Below are positions 20,653 through 31,169 of a DNA stretch of 64,000 nt, in pieces. A program made the translations under genes and the position numbers. The notes beneath the pieces were generated by a model, which saw only the letters and a program-made list of their open reading frames with translations, searched no databases and had not been told where the DNA came from. The stretch covers positions 58,428 through 122,427 of the forward strand of contig CAWJKZ010000016.1 of the NCBI GenBank assembly GCA_963843575.1. The letters are read 5' to 3'. Source of the DNA: an uncultured Acidobacteriota bacterium. GTDB lineage: Bacteria; Acidobacteriota; UBA6911. The first letter of the stretch is position 1. Every line of letters begins with the position of its first letter.

Positions 20653-21981
20653 TCACCTGGGCAGCTTGAAGACGCGCACGGCGTTGTCGCGCAGGAGCGC
20701 GCGGGCGTAGCCGACCGCCTCCCCTTCACTCCAGTAGCCGGCGAGGACCTTGTCGGCCAGCACCTTCGAGACCACCTCCCGGCAGAGCATTGCGTGGGCG
20801 TAGGATCCCTCCGGGATGGAGTAGTCCCCCCCGAAGCCGAGGACCTTGTCCGCGGGCAGCGTCTCGATCGCCTCGTCCAGCAGGCGGCCCGCCCAGGCGG
20901 GCGAGATGACGTAGGTCCAGCACATGTCGATGGTCACGTTGGGCAGGTTCTTGGCCATGGCCAGGATGTGGCCGCCATACGGATACCCGCCGTGCATCAG
21001 CACGAACCGCGTCCCGGGGTGGCGGATGACGAGCGGCGCGAGAAGGGAAGGATCGGCCTGCCTGACGTCCCGCCCCGTGTCGTAAAACAGTCCCGTGTGA
21101 ATCTGCAGCGGCATGTCGTAGCGCCCGCAATTGACGGCGATCCTGTCGAACATGTAGTCCTGCAGCGGCTTGTTCTGCGTCCAGTCGGGGCGGGCGGGCT
21201 GGCCCTTCCTCGGCTTGAGCTGGTTGAAGAGCGTCTCGGCCTCCGCGCGGTCCACCGGGCGGAAATCCAGGCTCCTCCTGTAGGCGACGGGGGATTTTAC
21301 CGCCACGTAGCGGCCCTTGGCCTGCTGAAAGGCCTTGTCCAGCGCCTGCTCCCAGTCGGCGAGGGACTCGACCGTCACGCCAAGCTGCTTCTCGACCAGG
21401 CCGCAGGACTCGGGGAACACCAGGAACTGGTCGAGCTGGATCACGGCGCGGAAGAGCGCGGGATCGAGTTCGAGCCCCGCGGGCCCCACGTCGCAGATCG
21501 CCATGTCGATCCCGGCCTTGCCGCGCAGGATCCTCTCGTAAATGCCCGGTTTGCCGGCGTCGGCGATCTTGCGGGAAAGCTCGGCGCAGGTCGCCTCCGT
21601 GAGGTCCGTCACCCCGTAGAGGTCGCGCAGCGCCCGGAGGAGGGCGCGACCGTAGGCCGTCGTGCGCACGTTCGCCCAGTAAGGGGCCATCAGCGCCCAC
21701 TTCCGTGCCAGCGGGACGGCCGGGTCGGCAAACTCCCGGTCCGACGAGGTCCTGTCCAGACCGTCCGCCCACATGTCCGACGAGACGTAATGGAGCAGCC
21801 CGAAGACCGAGGGCGGCGACTTCAGACGCGCCGCTTCGGGAGAGAGGTGCTCGTGCGTGTCGACCATGCGGATCGACCCGACGGTGTCCCGTATGCGTTC
21901 GCGCAAGGCGGCGTCCTGCGCGACGCCGGCCCCCGCGGCCGAGGCAAGGACCGCAAGAAGAGCGACTATGCTGATCATCAT
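20653..21981 (-). CDS. Amidohydrolase/uronate isomerase-like TIM-barrel metalloenzyme with signal peptide
   Basis: VDTHEH, LQIHTG, LMHGGYP, DMCW, GFGGD. Confidence 0.85.
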   Translation of the reverse strand: MMISIVALLAVLASAAGAGVAQDAALRERIRDTVGSIRMVDTHEHLSPEAARLKSPPSVFGLLHYVSSDMWADGLDRTSSDREFADPAVPLARKWALMAPYWANVRTTAYGRALLRALRDLYGVTDLTEATCAELSRKIADAGKPGIYERILRGKAGIDMAICDVGPAGLELDPALFRAVIQLDQFLVFPESCGLVEKQLGVTVESLADWEQALDKAFQQAKGRYVAVKSPVAYRRSLDFRPVDRAEAETLFNQLKPRKGQPARPDWTQNKPLQDYMFDRIAVNCGRYDMPLQIHTGLFYDTGRDVRQADPSLLAPLVIRHPGTRFVLMHGGYPYGGHILAMAKNLPNVTIDMCWTYVISPAWAGRLLDEAIETLPADKVLGFGGDYSIPEGSYAHAMLCREVVSKVLADKVLAGYWSEGEAVGYARALLRDNAVRVFKLPR

Positions 21982-22065
21982 GGCGGACTCCGGGGAATGT
22001 CGAGCCATCATAGCGCAACAAGGACGGGAGCCGGAAGCACTGCACTTCCGGCTCCCGTCTTCAAC

Positions 22066-23460
22066 CTATCGGACACCCGGCTCGGTCATGGCGCGCAGGT
22101 CGAGGATCTGGTCGAGCTTCTCCGGGCTTGACAGCCCCCTGGCCAGCACGATCTCGCGGATGGACTTGCCCGAGGCGAGATACTCCTTGGCAACCTCGGC
22201 GGCGCGGGCGTAGCCAATGTGCGGGTTCAGCACGGTCACGACGCTCATGCTCCCCTCGGCATAGGCCCTGCAGCGTCCCTCGTCGGCCGTGATCCCGGAG
22301 ACGCACAGGCGCACGAAGGCGTTGACCGCAGCGGCCACGATTTCCAGCTCGTGGAGCAGGTTCCAGGCGACCACGGGCATCATGACGTTCAGCTCGAGCT
22401 GGCCCGCCTGCGCGGCGAGCAGAACCGTCGTGTCGCAGCCGATCGCCTGGAAGCAGACCATGTCGAGCATCTCCGCCATCACGGGATTGACCTTGCCCGG
22501 CATGATGGACGATCCCGGCTGCACCGGCGGCAGGACGATTTCGGCGAGGCCTGTCTTCGGTCCCGAACTCAGCAGCCGCAGGTCGTTGGCGAGGCGGGCC
22601 AGGTCCTGGGCGAGGTTGCGGACGGCGCCGGAGAGCTCGACAAAGGGGCGCAGGCTCTGCATGGCCTCGAAGTAGTCCCCCGCCGCGCGGAAGGCGGTGC
22701 CGAGCGCCCGGCTCAGCTCCCGCACCATCAGGGCCCGGTAGGACGGGTGCGCGTTAAGCCCCGTCCCCGCGGCTGTCCCGCCGATCCCGAGCTCGCGGCA
22801 GGCGTCGGCGGCGCGCTCGAGCGAGTCGCGGTGCTTCCCGGCGTTGTGGCCGTAGGCGCCGAATTCCTGGCCGAGCCGCACCGGGACGGCGTCCTGCAGG
22901 TGGGTGCGCCCGGACTTGACGACGGCGTCGAACGCCGCCGCCTTCGCGCCGAGCGCGTCCCGGAGCCCGCCGAGCGCGGCGGCCAGCTGCTGCGCGAGCG
23001 CCACCGCGGCGATCCGGATGGCCGTCGGGCAGACGTCGTTGGTCGACTGTGCCATGTTGACGTCGTCGTTAGGGTGGACCCGGCCGTACTCGCCCCTGGC
23101 GCCCCCCAGCAGCTCGATGGCGCGGTTGGCGATCACCTCGTTGGCGTTCATGTTGTGCGACGTCCCGGCCCCCGCCTGGTAGACGTCGACGACAAACCAC
23201 TCGCGCAGCGCTCCGGCGAGGATCTCGTCGCACGCCCGCACGATGGCGTCCGCCTTGGCCCGGTCGAGCAGCCCCAGGCCGGAGTTGACGACGGCGGCTG
23301 CGCGCTTGACGTGCACCGTTGCCTCGACATAACCGGGCTTGGCCCGCAACCCGCTGATCGGGAAGTTCTCGATCGCCCTCAGGGTCTGAATGCCGTAATA
23401 TGCCCCCGCCGGCACCTGCCGCTCGCCGAGCGAGTCCCGCTCCGTCCTCGTCTCACCCAT
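22066..23460 (-). CDS. aspA: Aspartate ammonia-lyase (fumarase/aspartase family)
   Basis: YYGIQTLRA, AGTSHNMNANEV, STND, KSGRTHLQDA, GSSIMPGKVNP. Confidence 0.88.
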   Translation of the reverse strand: MGETRTERDSLGERQVPAGAYYGIQTLRAIENFPISGLRAKPGYVEATVHVKRAAAVVNSGLGLLDRAKADAIVRACDEILAGALREWFVVDVYQAGAGTSHNMNANEVIANRAIELLGGARGEYGRVHPNDDVNMAQSTNDVCPTAIRIAAVALAQQLAAALGGLRDALGAKAAAFDAVVKSGRTHLQDAVPVRLGQEFGAYGHNAGKHRDSLERAADACRELGIGGTAAGTGLNAHPSYRALMVRELSRALGTAFRAAGDYFEAMQSLRPFVELSGAVRNLAQDLARLANDLRLLSSGPKTGLAEIVLPPVQPGSSIMPGKVNPVMAEMLDMVCFQAIGCDTTVLLAAQAGQLELNVMMPVVAWNLLHELEIVAAAVNAFVRLCVSGITADEGRCRAYAEGSMSVVTVLNPHIGYARAAEVAKEYLASGKSIREIVLARGLSSPEKLDQILDLRAMTEPGVR

Positions 23461-23598
23461 GCCGCACCTCCTGAGGGAAGTATATCCGCCCGGCCGCTTC
23501 GCCGCGCGTTCATCCGGCGGGGCCGGGTCCTTCCGCGTCGTTCAGCTTCTTGTGTTTTCGGGGCTGCCTTTCGATCTTTCGGGGCGGAGCGGGGGCGA

Positions 23599-23627
23599 TT
23601 GACATTGCCCCCGCACTCGGTTACTTT
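23599..23627 (+). promoter_or_regulatory. Sigma70-type promoter for the Nfu gene
   Basis: TTGACA-17 bp-TACTTT upstream of AGGAGA RBS and TTG start at 23660. Confidence 0.6.
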
Positions 23628-23659
23628 CACCGTAGATGCCGTAAGATAAGGAGAAAGCT

Positions 23660-24256
23660 TTGGAAAAGGACATCACGATCATCGGCGAGCCGACGGGCCA
23701 GCCCACAGTCTGCAAGTTCACGTTGGAACAACCGGTTTACCCCGGCGGGTCCGCGTATTTCGGCAAGCGCGAAGCAGCGAAGCTTTCTCCGCTGGCGCTG
23801 AAGATCTTCGAGATCCCCGAAGTGGAGAACATCCTCGTCGCGGAGAACGAGATCACGGTGACCAAATCGGGCTCCGATCCGTGGCCCGCCGTCGGCAAGC
23901 GGATCGGGGCGAAAATCCGCGAGCACATCCGCTCCGGCCAGCCCGCCGTCGCCGAGGAATTCGCCAGGAGCCTCCCTTCGGAGGGCGAAATCCGCAAGAA
24001 GGTCCTGCAGCTCCTCGAGCGCGAGATCAACCCGGCGGTGGGGATGCACGGCGGGTGGGTCGAGCTCATCGACGTCAGGAAGAACTCCATCTATCTTCGC
24101 CTCGGCGGCGGTTGCCAGGGTTGCGGCGCCGCCAACGTGACCCTCAAGCAGGGCATCGAGAAGTCGATCCGCGACATGATCCCGCAGGTCGGTGAGATCC
24201 TCGACACGACCGACCACGCCGCCGGCCGGAACCCGTACTACCAGCCGGGCCACTAA
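23660..24256 (+). CDS. Nfu/NifU-family Fe-S cluster carrier (Nfu N-terminal + NifU C-terminal domain)
   Basis: SPLALKIFEIP, INPAVGMHGG, LGGGCQGC, TLKQGIE, DTTDHAAG.NPYY. Confidence 0.9.
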   Translation: MEKDITIIGEPTGQPTVCKFTLEQPVYPGGSAYFGKREAAKLSPLALKIFEIPEVENILVAENEITVTKSGSDPWPAVGKRIGAKIREHIRSGQPAVAEEFARSLPSEGEIRKKVLQLLEREINPAVGMHGGWVELIDVRKNSIYLRLGGGCQGCGAANVTLKQGIEKSIRDMIPQVGEILDTTDHAAGRNPYYQPGH

Positions 24257-24260
24257 CCTT

Positions 24261-24318
24261 TGAAGTGCGGCGGCGCCGAGGCGCCGCGCCCAAAGCGGCG
24301 TCGAGCCGCCGCACTCCA
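24261..24318. repeat. REP class 2 doublet (TGGAGTGCGGCGGCTCGACGCCGC type)
   Basis: tgaagtgcggcggcgccgaggcgccgc...gcggcgtcgagccgccgcactcca. Confidence 0.75.
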
Positions 24319-24394
24319 GATTGCAGAAATCAGGGCGGCTCCGGGCTCGCCCCGGTGTAGAATTCCCTCTCCAACTCACGGGGTAGGGAAGCGC

Positions 24395-25951
24395 ATGCGG
24401 CCGATCATCAGCAATCTTGTGTTTGCAGCCTGGCTGGCCGCGGTGTGCCTGGCGGAGCCGAGCCGCGGCGCGCAGGAGAGGGCCGTGGGAGCCGCGGCCG
24501 ACGAGCGCGCCTTCCGGGCTGCCGTCGAAGCCGCACCGGGGGTGCGCGTAGCCGCGATGCAGGCGTTTTTGGCGGACTACCCCGAGAGCGAGTATCGCGA
24601 CGTCGTCTACCCTCAGCTCCTGGAAGCCCTGGCGGCCGACGGCGCTTCCGAGGAACTCGACCGGGCCGTCTGCGGCTACATCGAGGGGACGGCCGGCCAG
24701 GGTTCGGGCCGCGTGGCGCTCGCCTACGTCAGCGCGACGGACGTCCTGCTGCGCCACGACTCGCTCCCGGCACGCCGAGCGGCCCTGATCGACCAGGCGC
24801 TTGGCCCCGTCGCGCAGGGAATGCCGGCCGACGTGCGGTCGCGCTTCCTCTCGCTCCTCAGCCGCACGCTGCTCCGCCACAAGGCCTACGACCAGGCCGC
24901 GAGCGCCGCCGGGCAGGCGCTCAAGGCGGCCATGCCCGACCCGCCAGGCGAGCTCTACTTCACGCTGGGCAAGATCCACGAGGCCAGGGGGGACCACGAC
25001 GCGGCCCTGGACGCCTACCTCGATGCCGGCTCCCGGCGGGGCCCACGCGAAATCCTGGAAGCGTTGCGGGACGCCTACACCAAGAAATACGGCAGCCTCG
25101 ACGGGCTGCACGAGAAGCTCGACGCCCTCAGGCTGGCCAGGCCCAGGGCGTTCGACCCGGGCCGCTACGCGCGCCCGCCGGGGGACGCCGCCGCGTCCAC
25201 CGTGCTCGTCGAGCTGTTCACCGGCGCCGAGTGCGGGCCCTGCGTCGCGGCCGACATCGCAGTCGGCGGCCTCCTCGACCGGTTTGACCGCGACACCGTG
25301 GCCGTGCTCCAGTACCACATCCACGCCCCGGGACCCGACCCGCTCGCCAACCCCGACAGCGTCCGCCGGTCCGAGTACTACGGCGTCGCCGGCACGCCGA
25401 CCGGCTTCGTCGGCGGGACCGCCAGGGTCTACGGCGGCGGTGGCGCCGGCGCAGGGCCGCGGCTCTTCTCGATGTACGCCGCCAAGATCGAACCGCTGAT
25501 CCCGAAGCCCCCCCGCGCTCGTTTCGGCGACGTGAGGTTCGCCTCCGAGGGCGGCGCCGTGCGGGTGTCGGGACGCGCCACGGTCGATGCCGGCGCCGCC
25601 CGGGACCGCCTCCGGCTGCGGATCGCCCTGGTCGAGGAGGTCGTGCACTACACCGGCGGCAACGGCGTCCACTTTCACCACTTCGTGGTCCGGAAGCTGC
25701 TCGGGCCCGAAAACGGCGCGACGTTCGACGGCGCCGACACCCTCGCCTTCTCCGAGTCGATCCCGCTCGAGGCGCTTTCGGGCTCGCTCAAAGCGTACCT
25801 GGACCGTTTCGAGAAGGAAGAGGAAACAGACCGCCCGGGCTTCCGGTTCGAAGAGAAGCCGGCCGTCGTCGATCCCGGCAAGCTCGGGGTCGTGGTGTTC
25901 GTGCAGGACGACGGCACGAGCGAAGTCCTCAACTCCACATTCGCGCGCTGA
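24395..25951 (+). CDS. Exported TPR + thioredoxin-like (CxxC) protein
   Basis: Signal peptide, TPR-like helices, [30 protein letters not shown]. Confidence 0.75.
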   Translation: MRPIISNLVFAAWLAAVCLAEPSRGAQERAVGAAADERAFRAAVEAAPGVRVAAMQAFLADYPESEYRDVVYPQLLEALAADGASEELDRAVCGYIEGTAGQGSGRVALAYVSATDVLLRHDSLPARRAALIDQALGPVAQGMPADVRSRFLSLLSRTLLRHKAYDQAASAAGQALKAAMPDPPGELYFTLGKIHEARGDHDAALDAYLDAGSRRGPREILEALRDAYTKKYGSLDGLHEKLDALRLARPRAFDPGRYARPPGDAAASTVLVELFTGAECGPCVAADIAVGGLLDRFDRDTVAVLQYHIHAPGPDPLANPDSVRRSEYYGVAGTPTGFVGGTARVYGGGGAGAGPRLFSMYAAKIEPLIPKPPRARFGDVRFASEGGAVRVSGRATVDAGAARDRLRLRIALVEEVVHYTGGNGVHFHHFVVRKLLGPENGATFDGADTLAFSESIPLEALSGSLKAYLDRFEKEEETDRPGFRFEEKPAVVDPGKLGVVVFVQDDGTSEVLNSTFAR

Positions 25952-25956
25952 AGGCC

Positions 25957-27126
25957 ATGAACGAATTCTACCGGATCAAGAGACTTCCCCCTTACGTCTT
26001 CAACATCGTCAACGAGCTGAAAACCCGCGCGCGTGCCCGCGGCGAGGACATCATCGACTTCGGGATGGGGAACCCCGACCTGGCGACCCCGCACCACGTG
26101 GTCGACAAGCTGGTGGAGGCGGCGCGCAAGCCGCGCAACCACCGTTACTCGGCCTCGCGCGGCATCACCCAGCTGCGCCACGCCATCGCCGAGTGGTACG
26201 CCCGCCGCTACGACGTCCGCATCGACCCGGAGACGGAGGCGATCGCCGTCATCGGCGTCAAGGAGGGCCTCTCGCACCTCGCCCTCGCCATCGTCGAGCC
26301 CGGCGCGATGGCGCTCGTGCCCGACCCGACCTACCCGATCCACGCCTACTCCATGATCATCGCGGGGGCCAACATCCGTTCGATCCCGATGGTCGCCAAC
26401 GCCGACCTGTTCGCCTCGATCGTCAAGGCCTACCAGGAGACGTGGCCGAGGCCCAAGTACATCGTGCTGTCGTTTCCGCACAACCCCACCTGCGCGACCG
26501 TCGACCTCGACTTCTTCGCGCGCATCGTGGCCTTCGCGCGAGACAACGACGTGATCGTCATCCACGACTTCGCCTACGCGGACCTGGTCTTCGACGGCTA
26601 CACCGCCCCGTCGTTCATGCAGGTGCCCGGCGCGAAGGACGTCGGGGTCGAGCTGTTCAGCATGTCGAAGTCCTACAACATGCCCGGCTGGCGCGTCGGC
26701 TTCTGCGTCGGCAATCCCGGGATCATCTCGGCGCTGGCGCGCATCAAGTCGTACCTCGACTACGGCATGTTCCAGCCCATCCAGATCGCCGCGATCGTCG
26801 GGATGCGCGGCCCGCAGTCCTGCGTCGCCGACACCGTGGCCGTCTACCAGGGCCGCCGCGACGTCCTGGTGGGCGGGCTGAACCGCATCGGGTGGCCCTG
26901 CGAGCTCCCGCGCGCCACCATGTTCGTCTGGGCCCGGCTCCCCGAGCGCTACCGCGAGATGGGATCGCTCGAGTTCTGCAAGCTCGCCCTCGCCGAGGCC
27001 AAGGTCGCGCTCGCCCCGGGGATCGGGTTCGGGCCCCAGGGCGAGGGCTTCGTCCGGTTCGCCCTGGTCGAAAACCAGAAGCGAACCCGCCAGGCGCTGC
27101 AGGGCCTGAAAAAGCTGCTCGCGTGA
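25957..27126 (+). CDS. alaC: Class I/II PLP aminotransferase, AlaC-like
   Basis: [50 protein letters not shown]. Confidence 0.82.
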   Translation: MNEFYRIKRLPPYVFNIVNELKTRARARGEDIIDFGMGNPDLATPHHVVDKLVEAARKPRNHRYSASRGITQLRHAIAEWYARRYDVRIDPETEAIAVIGVKEGLSHLALAIVEPGAMALVPDPTYPIHAYSMIIAGANIRSIPMVANADLFASIVKAYQETWPRPKYIVLSFPHNPTCATVDLDFFARIVAFARDNDVIVIHDFAYADLVFDGYTAPSFMQVPGAKDVGVELFSMSKSYNMPGWRVGFCVGNPGIISALARIKSYLDYGMFQPIQIAAIVGMRGPQSCVADTVAVYQGRRDVLVGGLNRIGWPCELPRATMFVWARLPERYREMGSLEFCKLALAEAKVALAPGIGFGPQGEGFVRFALVENQKRTRQALQGLKKLLA

Positions 27127-27321
27127 CCTGCGGGATTCTTCGAGTCCCGGATATTAGGGTCTGTCATTCTGTGACAGACCCTAAGTACTGATGTTCACAA
27201 ATGCGCCAACGTATTTGTCAGGACGCTGATGCGCGCGGATCCCCACAGATCGACCTGGCGACAGGCCGCGGTCGATCCGCGTGAATCCGTTGGACTGCGT
27301 ACTTGGTTCCAGGTCGCCCCT

Positions 27322-28062
27322 ATGAACGATATCTACGTCGTGCTGCCGGCCTACAACGAGGCGGCCAACCTCGGCGCGGTGCTGGTGTCGCTGGGGAAGG
27401 CCGCGGCCGAGGCCGGGATGAACTACCAGGCGATCGTCGTCAATGACGGCAGCACCGACACGACCGGCGACGTCGTGCGCGGGCACGGCGGTCCGCTGCC
27501 GGTCACCCTGATCGAGCACGGCAGCAACCAGGGGCTTGGGGCCGCGATTCGCACGGGGCTGCTGGCCGCCGTCGACCTGGCCCACGACGAGGACGTTGTC
27601 GTCACCATGGACGCCGACGACACCCACACGGCGTCCACCATCGCCGCTATGGTCGCGCGGATCGGCCAGGGCTGCGACGTCGTGATCGCCTCGCGCTACC
27701 AGCCCGGGGCCGCGGTCGTCGGGGTGCCTCCCTCACGCCGTTTCCTGAGTTACGCGGCGTCGCTGCTGTTCCGCACCGTCTACCCGATCGCCGGCGTGAG
27801 AGACTTCACCTGCGGGTACCGCGCCTACCGCGCCGTCGTGCTGCGCAACGCGGCCCTGCGGTACCGCCACGAGTTCATCAACCAGGAGGGCTTCCAGTGC
27901 ATGGTCGACATCCTGCTGAAGCTCAGCCGCATGGGACTCCGGTTCGGCGAGGTGCCGCTGGTGCTGCGCTACGACCGGAAGGGGGGAAAGAGCAAGATGC
28001 GGGTGGGCCGCACGATCTGGAAGACGCTGGGGTTGCTCCTGAAGCGCAGGATGGGGTGGTAG
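27322..28062 (+). CDS. GT2 polyprenol-phosphate glycosyltransferase (DPM1-like)
   Basis: VVLPAYNE, VNDGSTD, MDAD, DFTCGYRAY. Confidence 0.9.
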   Translation: MNDIYVVLPAYNEAANLGAVLVSLGKAAAEAGMNYQAIVVNDGSTDTTGDVVRGHGGPLPVTLIEHGSNQGLGAAIRTGLLAAVDLAHDEDVVVTMDADDTHTASTIAAMVARIGQGCDVVIASRYQPGAAVVGVPPSRRFLSYAASLLFRTVYPIAGVRDFTCGYRAYRAVVLRNAALRYRHEFINQEGFQCMVDILLKLSRMGLRFGEVPLVLRYDRKGGKSKMRVGRTIWKTLGLLLKRRMGW

Positions 28063-28064
28063 CC

Positions 28065-28721
28065 GTGCCGCCGCAGACGCCGGCGTTCGACCGGGGCTAT
28101 TTCGAGTCGCAGTACCGGGACTACGCGCGGCAAAACCCGCCGCGCAAGCTCGACTTCTACGCGGCGCAGGCGGAGCGGGCGGTCGCGGGCGCCGCGCGGC
28201 CGCGCGTGCTCGACATCGGCTGCGCCTTCGGCCTGTTCCTGCAGAGGCTCGGCGGGCGCTGGGACCGCACCGGGGTCGACGCCAGCGCCTACGCCATCGG
28301 GCGCGCCCGCGCGACGGTCCCTGGAGTCCGCTTCGAGGTCTCGCCCCCCGGCGCGATGCCTGTCGAAGGGCCCTTCGACCTCGTCACCGCCTTTGACGTG
28401 CTCGAGCACGTCCCCGCGCTCGACGAGACTCTCGCCTGGATCGCCCGGAACCTGGCGCCGCGCGGGGAACTGCTGTTCGTGGTCCCCGTCTACGACGGGC
28501 CCGCCGGCTTTGCCGTGCGCCTGCTCGACCGCGACCCGACCCACGTCCACAAGCAGGGGCGGGATTTCTGGTTGCGCGCCGCGGCGCGGCACCTCGACCC
28601 CGTCGACTGGCTGGGCGTGTTTCGCTACCTGGTTGCGGGCCGCTTCTACGCGCACGCGGCCGGCCGCGCGTGGCGGCGTTTCAGCCCGGCGATCGCCTGC
28701 CGGGCGCGGCGGCGCCTGTGA
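28065..28721 (+). CDS. Class I SAM-dependent methyltransferase
   Basis: VLDIGCAFG, FDVLEHV. Confidence 0.85.
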   Translation: MPPQTPAFDRGYFESQYRDYARQNPPRKLDFYAAQAERAVAGAARPRVLDIGCAFGLFLQRLGGRWDRTGVDASAYAIGRARATVPGVRFEVSPPGAMPVEGPFDLVTAFDVLEHVPALDETLAWIARNLAPRGELLFVVPVYDGPAGFAVRLLDRDPTHVHKQGRDFWLRAAARHLDPVDWLGVFRYLVAGRFYAHAAGRAWRRFSPAIACRARRRL

Positions 28722-30265
28722 GGGCCCGCGCCGGCGCGTTTCCCTGGCCGCGTGCCGCGGCGGCCGCCCTCCTCGCCTGGGCGCTGGCGCTGCACGCCCT
28801 CTTCTTTTTTTCGGCCGGCGCGCTCTGGCGCGACGAGGCCAACAGCATCCTCCAGGCGCGGCTCCCGACCTGGGGCGCGCTCTGGGAATCCCTGCGCTAC
28901 GACTCCTTCCCGATCCTCTACCCGGCCTTGCTGCGCGCCTGGTCCGGCGCGGGCCCCGGGCCCTCCGACGCGTCGCTCCGGCTCCTCGGGCTGCTGACGG
29001 GGCTCGGGCTCGCCGCCTCGGTCTGGGTGGCGTGCCGCCTGCTCGGCTCGCGGTTCCCGGTCGTGGCGACGCTCCTGGTCTCCGCCGGCCCGCTCGTCGT
29101 CGGCGAAGCCGACAGCGTGCGCCCCTACGGGACGGGATTGCTGCTCCTGGTCTGGACCTGGGCGGCGCTCGGCCGCTGCGCCGCCGGCGCGACGGCCGGC
29201 CGGCTGGCGGCTGCCTCTGCGTGCGCCGTCCTGTGTGTCCAGGCCGGCTACACCAACGCCATTGCCGTCGGGGTCCTCACGCTGTGCGCTACCGTGGCGG
29301 CGCGCCCGGGCGCGCGCGGGGCGCTGCTGCTCCCCGGCGCCGCGGCTGCGCTTTCGCTCCTCCCCTACGTCCCGGCGCTGCGCGCGGCGGCCGGTTGGGC
29401 GGGCATCGTGCGGCAGCCGGTGGACTGGGCCGCTTTCTCGGGCCGCTTCCTCGACTGGCGCTCGCTCGTCTTCGCCGCCGTGTGGGCGGCCGCGTGCGCC
29501 CCCGCCGCGATCGCGGCGTTCCGGCGCCGCGGCGCGTCGCGCCGGGCGGCGGACGTCTACTGCGGGCTGGCGGCGGCCGCGGCCCTGCCGGCCCAGCTCG
29601 CCCTGGTCTGGCTGCAGGGTGTGCCGCCGTTCCCGCGCTACTTCCTCCCGGCCCTGGTTCTGCTCGCGCTCTCGGCCGACGTGCTCGGACGCGGCGCCCG
29701 CGGGCGCGCCCAGGTGGCCCTGGCCGCGGCCCTGCTGGTCGCCGCCCCCTCCTGGTCGGCGCTCAACCGGAAACGCACCAACGCCGACGAGGCCGCGGGC
29801 CTCGTCGGCGCGGCGGCGGAAACCCGCGACCTCGTCGTGCTGTCCCCGTGGTTCCTCCACCCGTCGTTCCAGCGCTACTACCGCGGACGCGCGGAGTGGA
29901 TCACGGCCCCCGTGCTCGAACATGCCCCCGTGATGCGCTACGACCTGGTCAAAAAGGCGATGCTGGGCGGCCCGGGCGACGAGCCCGCGCCGGTCATCGC
30001 CGCGGCCCTGGGGCGCGGCGGCGCCGTCTGGCTCGTGACGCAGCGCCGCTTCCGCTCGCCGCCGGGCGCCGACGAAGCCCGCCCAGTCCCGCGCGACCCC
30101 CCCGACGGGCGCGACTACACGCGCTTCCGCGGCTACTGGGAACGCGGCGTCGAGCGGGAGCTCGCCCGCTGCTGTGCGGGCCGCGAGCAGCCCACCACCC
30201 CCGGCGCGCCCGTGTGGGAAGAGGAGGACCTGGTGGTCGTGCGCTGGACTGCGCGGCGCCCTTAG
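28718..30265 (+). CDS. Polytopic membrane glycosyltransferase (GT-C/GT39-like)
   Basis: LWRDE after the first TM, VRPY, PRYFLP; GTGA overlap with the upstream gene. Confidence 0.7.
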   Translation: MRARAGAFPWPRAAAAALLAWALALHALFFFSAGALWRDEANSILQARLPTWGALWESLRYDSFPILYPALLRAWSGAGPGPSDASLRLLGLLTGLGLAASVWVACRLLGSRFPVVATLLVSAGPLVVGEADSVRPYGTGLLLLVWTWAALGRCAAGATAGRLAAASACAVLCVQAGYTNAIAVGVLTLCATVAARPGARGALLLPGAAAALSLLPYVPALRAAAGWAGIVRQPVDWAAFSGRFLDWRSLVFAAVWAAACAPAAIAAFRRRGASRRAADVYCGLAAAAALPAQLALVWLQGVPPFPRYFLPALVLLALSADVLGRGARGRAQVALAAALLVAAPSWSALNRKRTNADEAAGLVGAAAETRDLVVLSPWFLHPSFQRYYRGRAEWITAPVLEHAPVMRYDLVKKAMLGGPGDEPAPVIAAALGRGGAVWLVTQRRFRSPPGADEARPVPRDPPDGRDYTRFRGYWERGVERELARCCAGREQPTTPGAPVWEEEDLVVVRWTARRP

Positions 30266-30505
30266 GGCTGGCGCAAGAATAATTTCACATTTTTGCTGAC
30301 GGCTCCCGAGCCAACAGATCCTACGGCAGGCAACGATAGAAGATTTCTATTAACGGGGCCGTCAGCCCTCCGGGGCGCGGCGGCGGGCGGGCATCTGCGG
30401 CGTTGCCGCTCCTCGACGATGTCACCACATCGCCTGCGTCGCGGCGCCTTGCATCTGCCCGCCCGGCGCTCGCGCCAAAATGTGAACTTATTCTTTCGCG
30501 AACCC
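30265..30505. mobile_element. 241-bp MITE with ~30-bp terminal inverted repeats and TTA target duplication
   Basis: GGGCTGGCGCAAGAATAATTTCACATTTT ... AAAATGTGAACTTATTCTTTCGCGAACCC, flanked by TTA at 30262-30264 and 30506-30508; partial copy at 15949-15988. Confidence 0.75.
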
Positions 30506-30688
30506 TTAGATCCCCCGAAAATGCCCCTCCCGCGGGGCACATGGCGCAAATTCCTTTCAAAAACCCAAGAAAATGGCCCTTTTCTCCAAATTGGCCATTG
30601 CATTTTCGCGGAATATCCGCAAAATGAGGCTGTCTTCGTATGATCGCGTTCGTTCATCTCGTCAATAGCTCATTTCGGGGAGGGTTAA

Positions 30689-30988
30689 ATGGCTGGAAAA
30701 GTGATGACCAAGAGTCAACTGGTTGCTTCGCTTGCCGAGACGGCAGGCGTTCCCAAGAAGGTGGTGACTGACATCCTGGAGGCACTCGCCGCGACGGCCT
30801 TGCAGCAAACCAAGAAGAACGGCCAGTTCGTCGTCCCGGGCCTCGGTAAGCTGGTGAAGTCGCAGCGCAAGGCCCGCATGGGCCGCAACCCGCAGACCGG
30901 CGCCGCCATCAAGATCCCCGCGAAGACGGTGGTCAAGTTCCGCGTGGCCAAGGCCGCGAAGGACGCCGTGGTTCCTCCGAAGAAGTAG
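30689..30988 (+). CDS. hup: HU family DNA-binding protein
   Basis: MTKSQLV..LAE, RKARMGRNPQTG..IKIPAK.VVKFR. Confidence 0.93.
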   Translation: MAGKVMTKSQLVASLAETAGVPKKVVTDILEALAATALQQTKKNGQFVVPGLGKLVKSQRKARMGRNPQTGAAIKIPAKTVVKFRVAKAAKDAVVPPKK

Positions 30989-31003
30989 CAGCCCGCCTCA
31001 GAC

Positions 31004-31051
31004 CGGTGGCGGGGTCCGCAGGACTCCCGCCACCGTCGTTTGTCTATTTTT
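31004..31051 (+). terminator. Probable intrinsic terminator after HU
   Basis: CGGTGGCGGG...CCCGCCACCG stem followed by a T-rich tract. Confidence 0.6.
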
Positions 31052-31064
31052 GCGCCGAAAATTC

Positions 31065-31133
31065 TGGAGTGCGGCGCCTCGGCGTCGCGTTCACTCACGT
31101 CCTACGGCCGGAATGCTCGGCGCCTCGGCGCCG
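31065..31133. repeat. REP class 2 degenerate copies
   Basis: TGGAGTGCGGCGCCTCGGCGTCGC plus a second cggcgcctcggcgccg. Confidence 0.6.
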
Positions 31134-31169
31134 TGGCGAGCAGACCCACCTGTTCTCCGCGGCTCGCGC

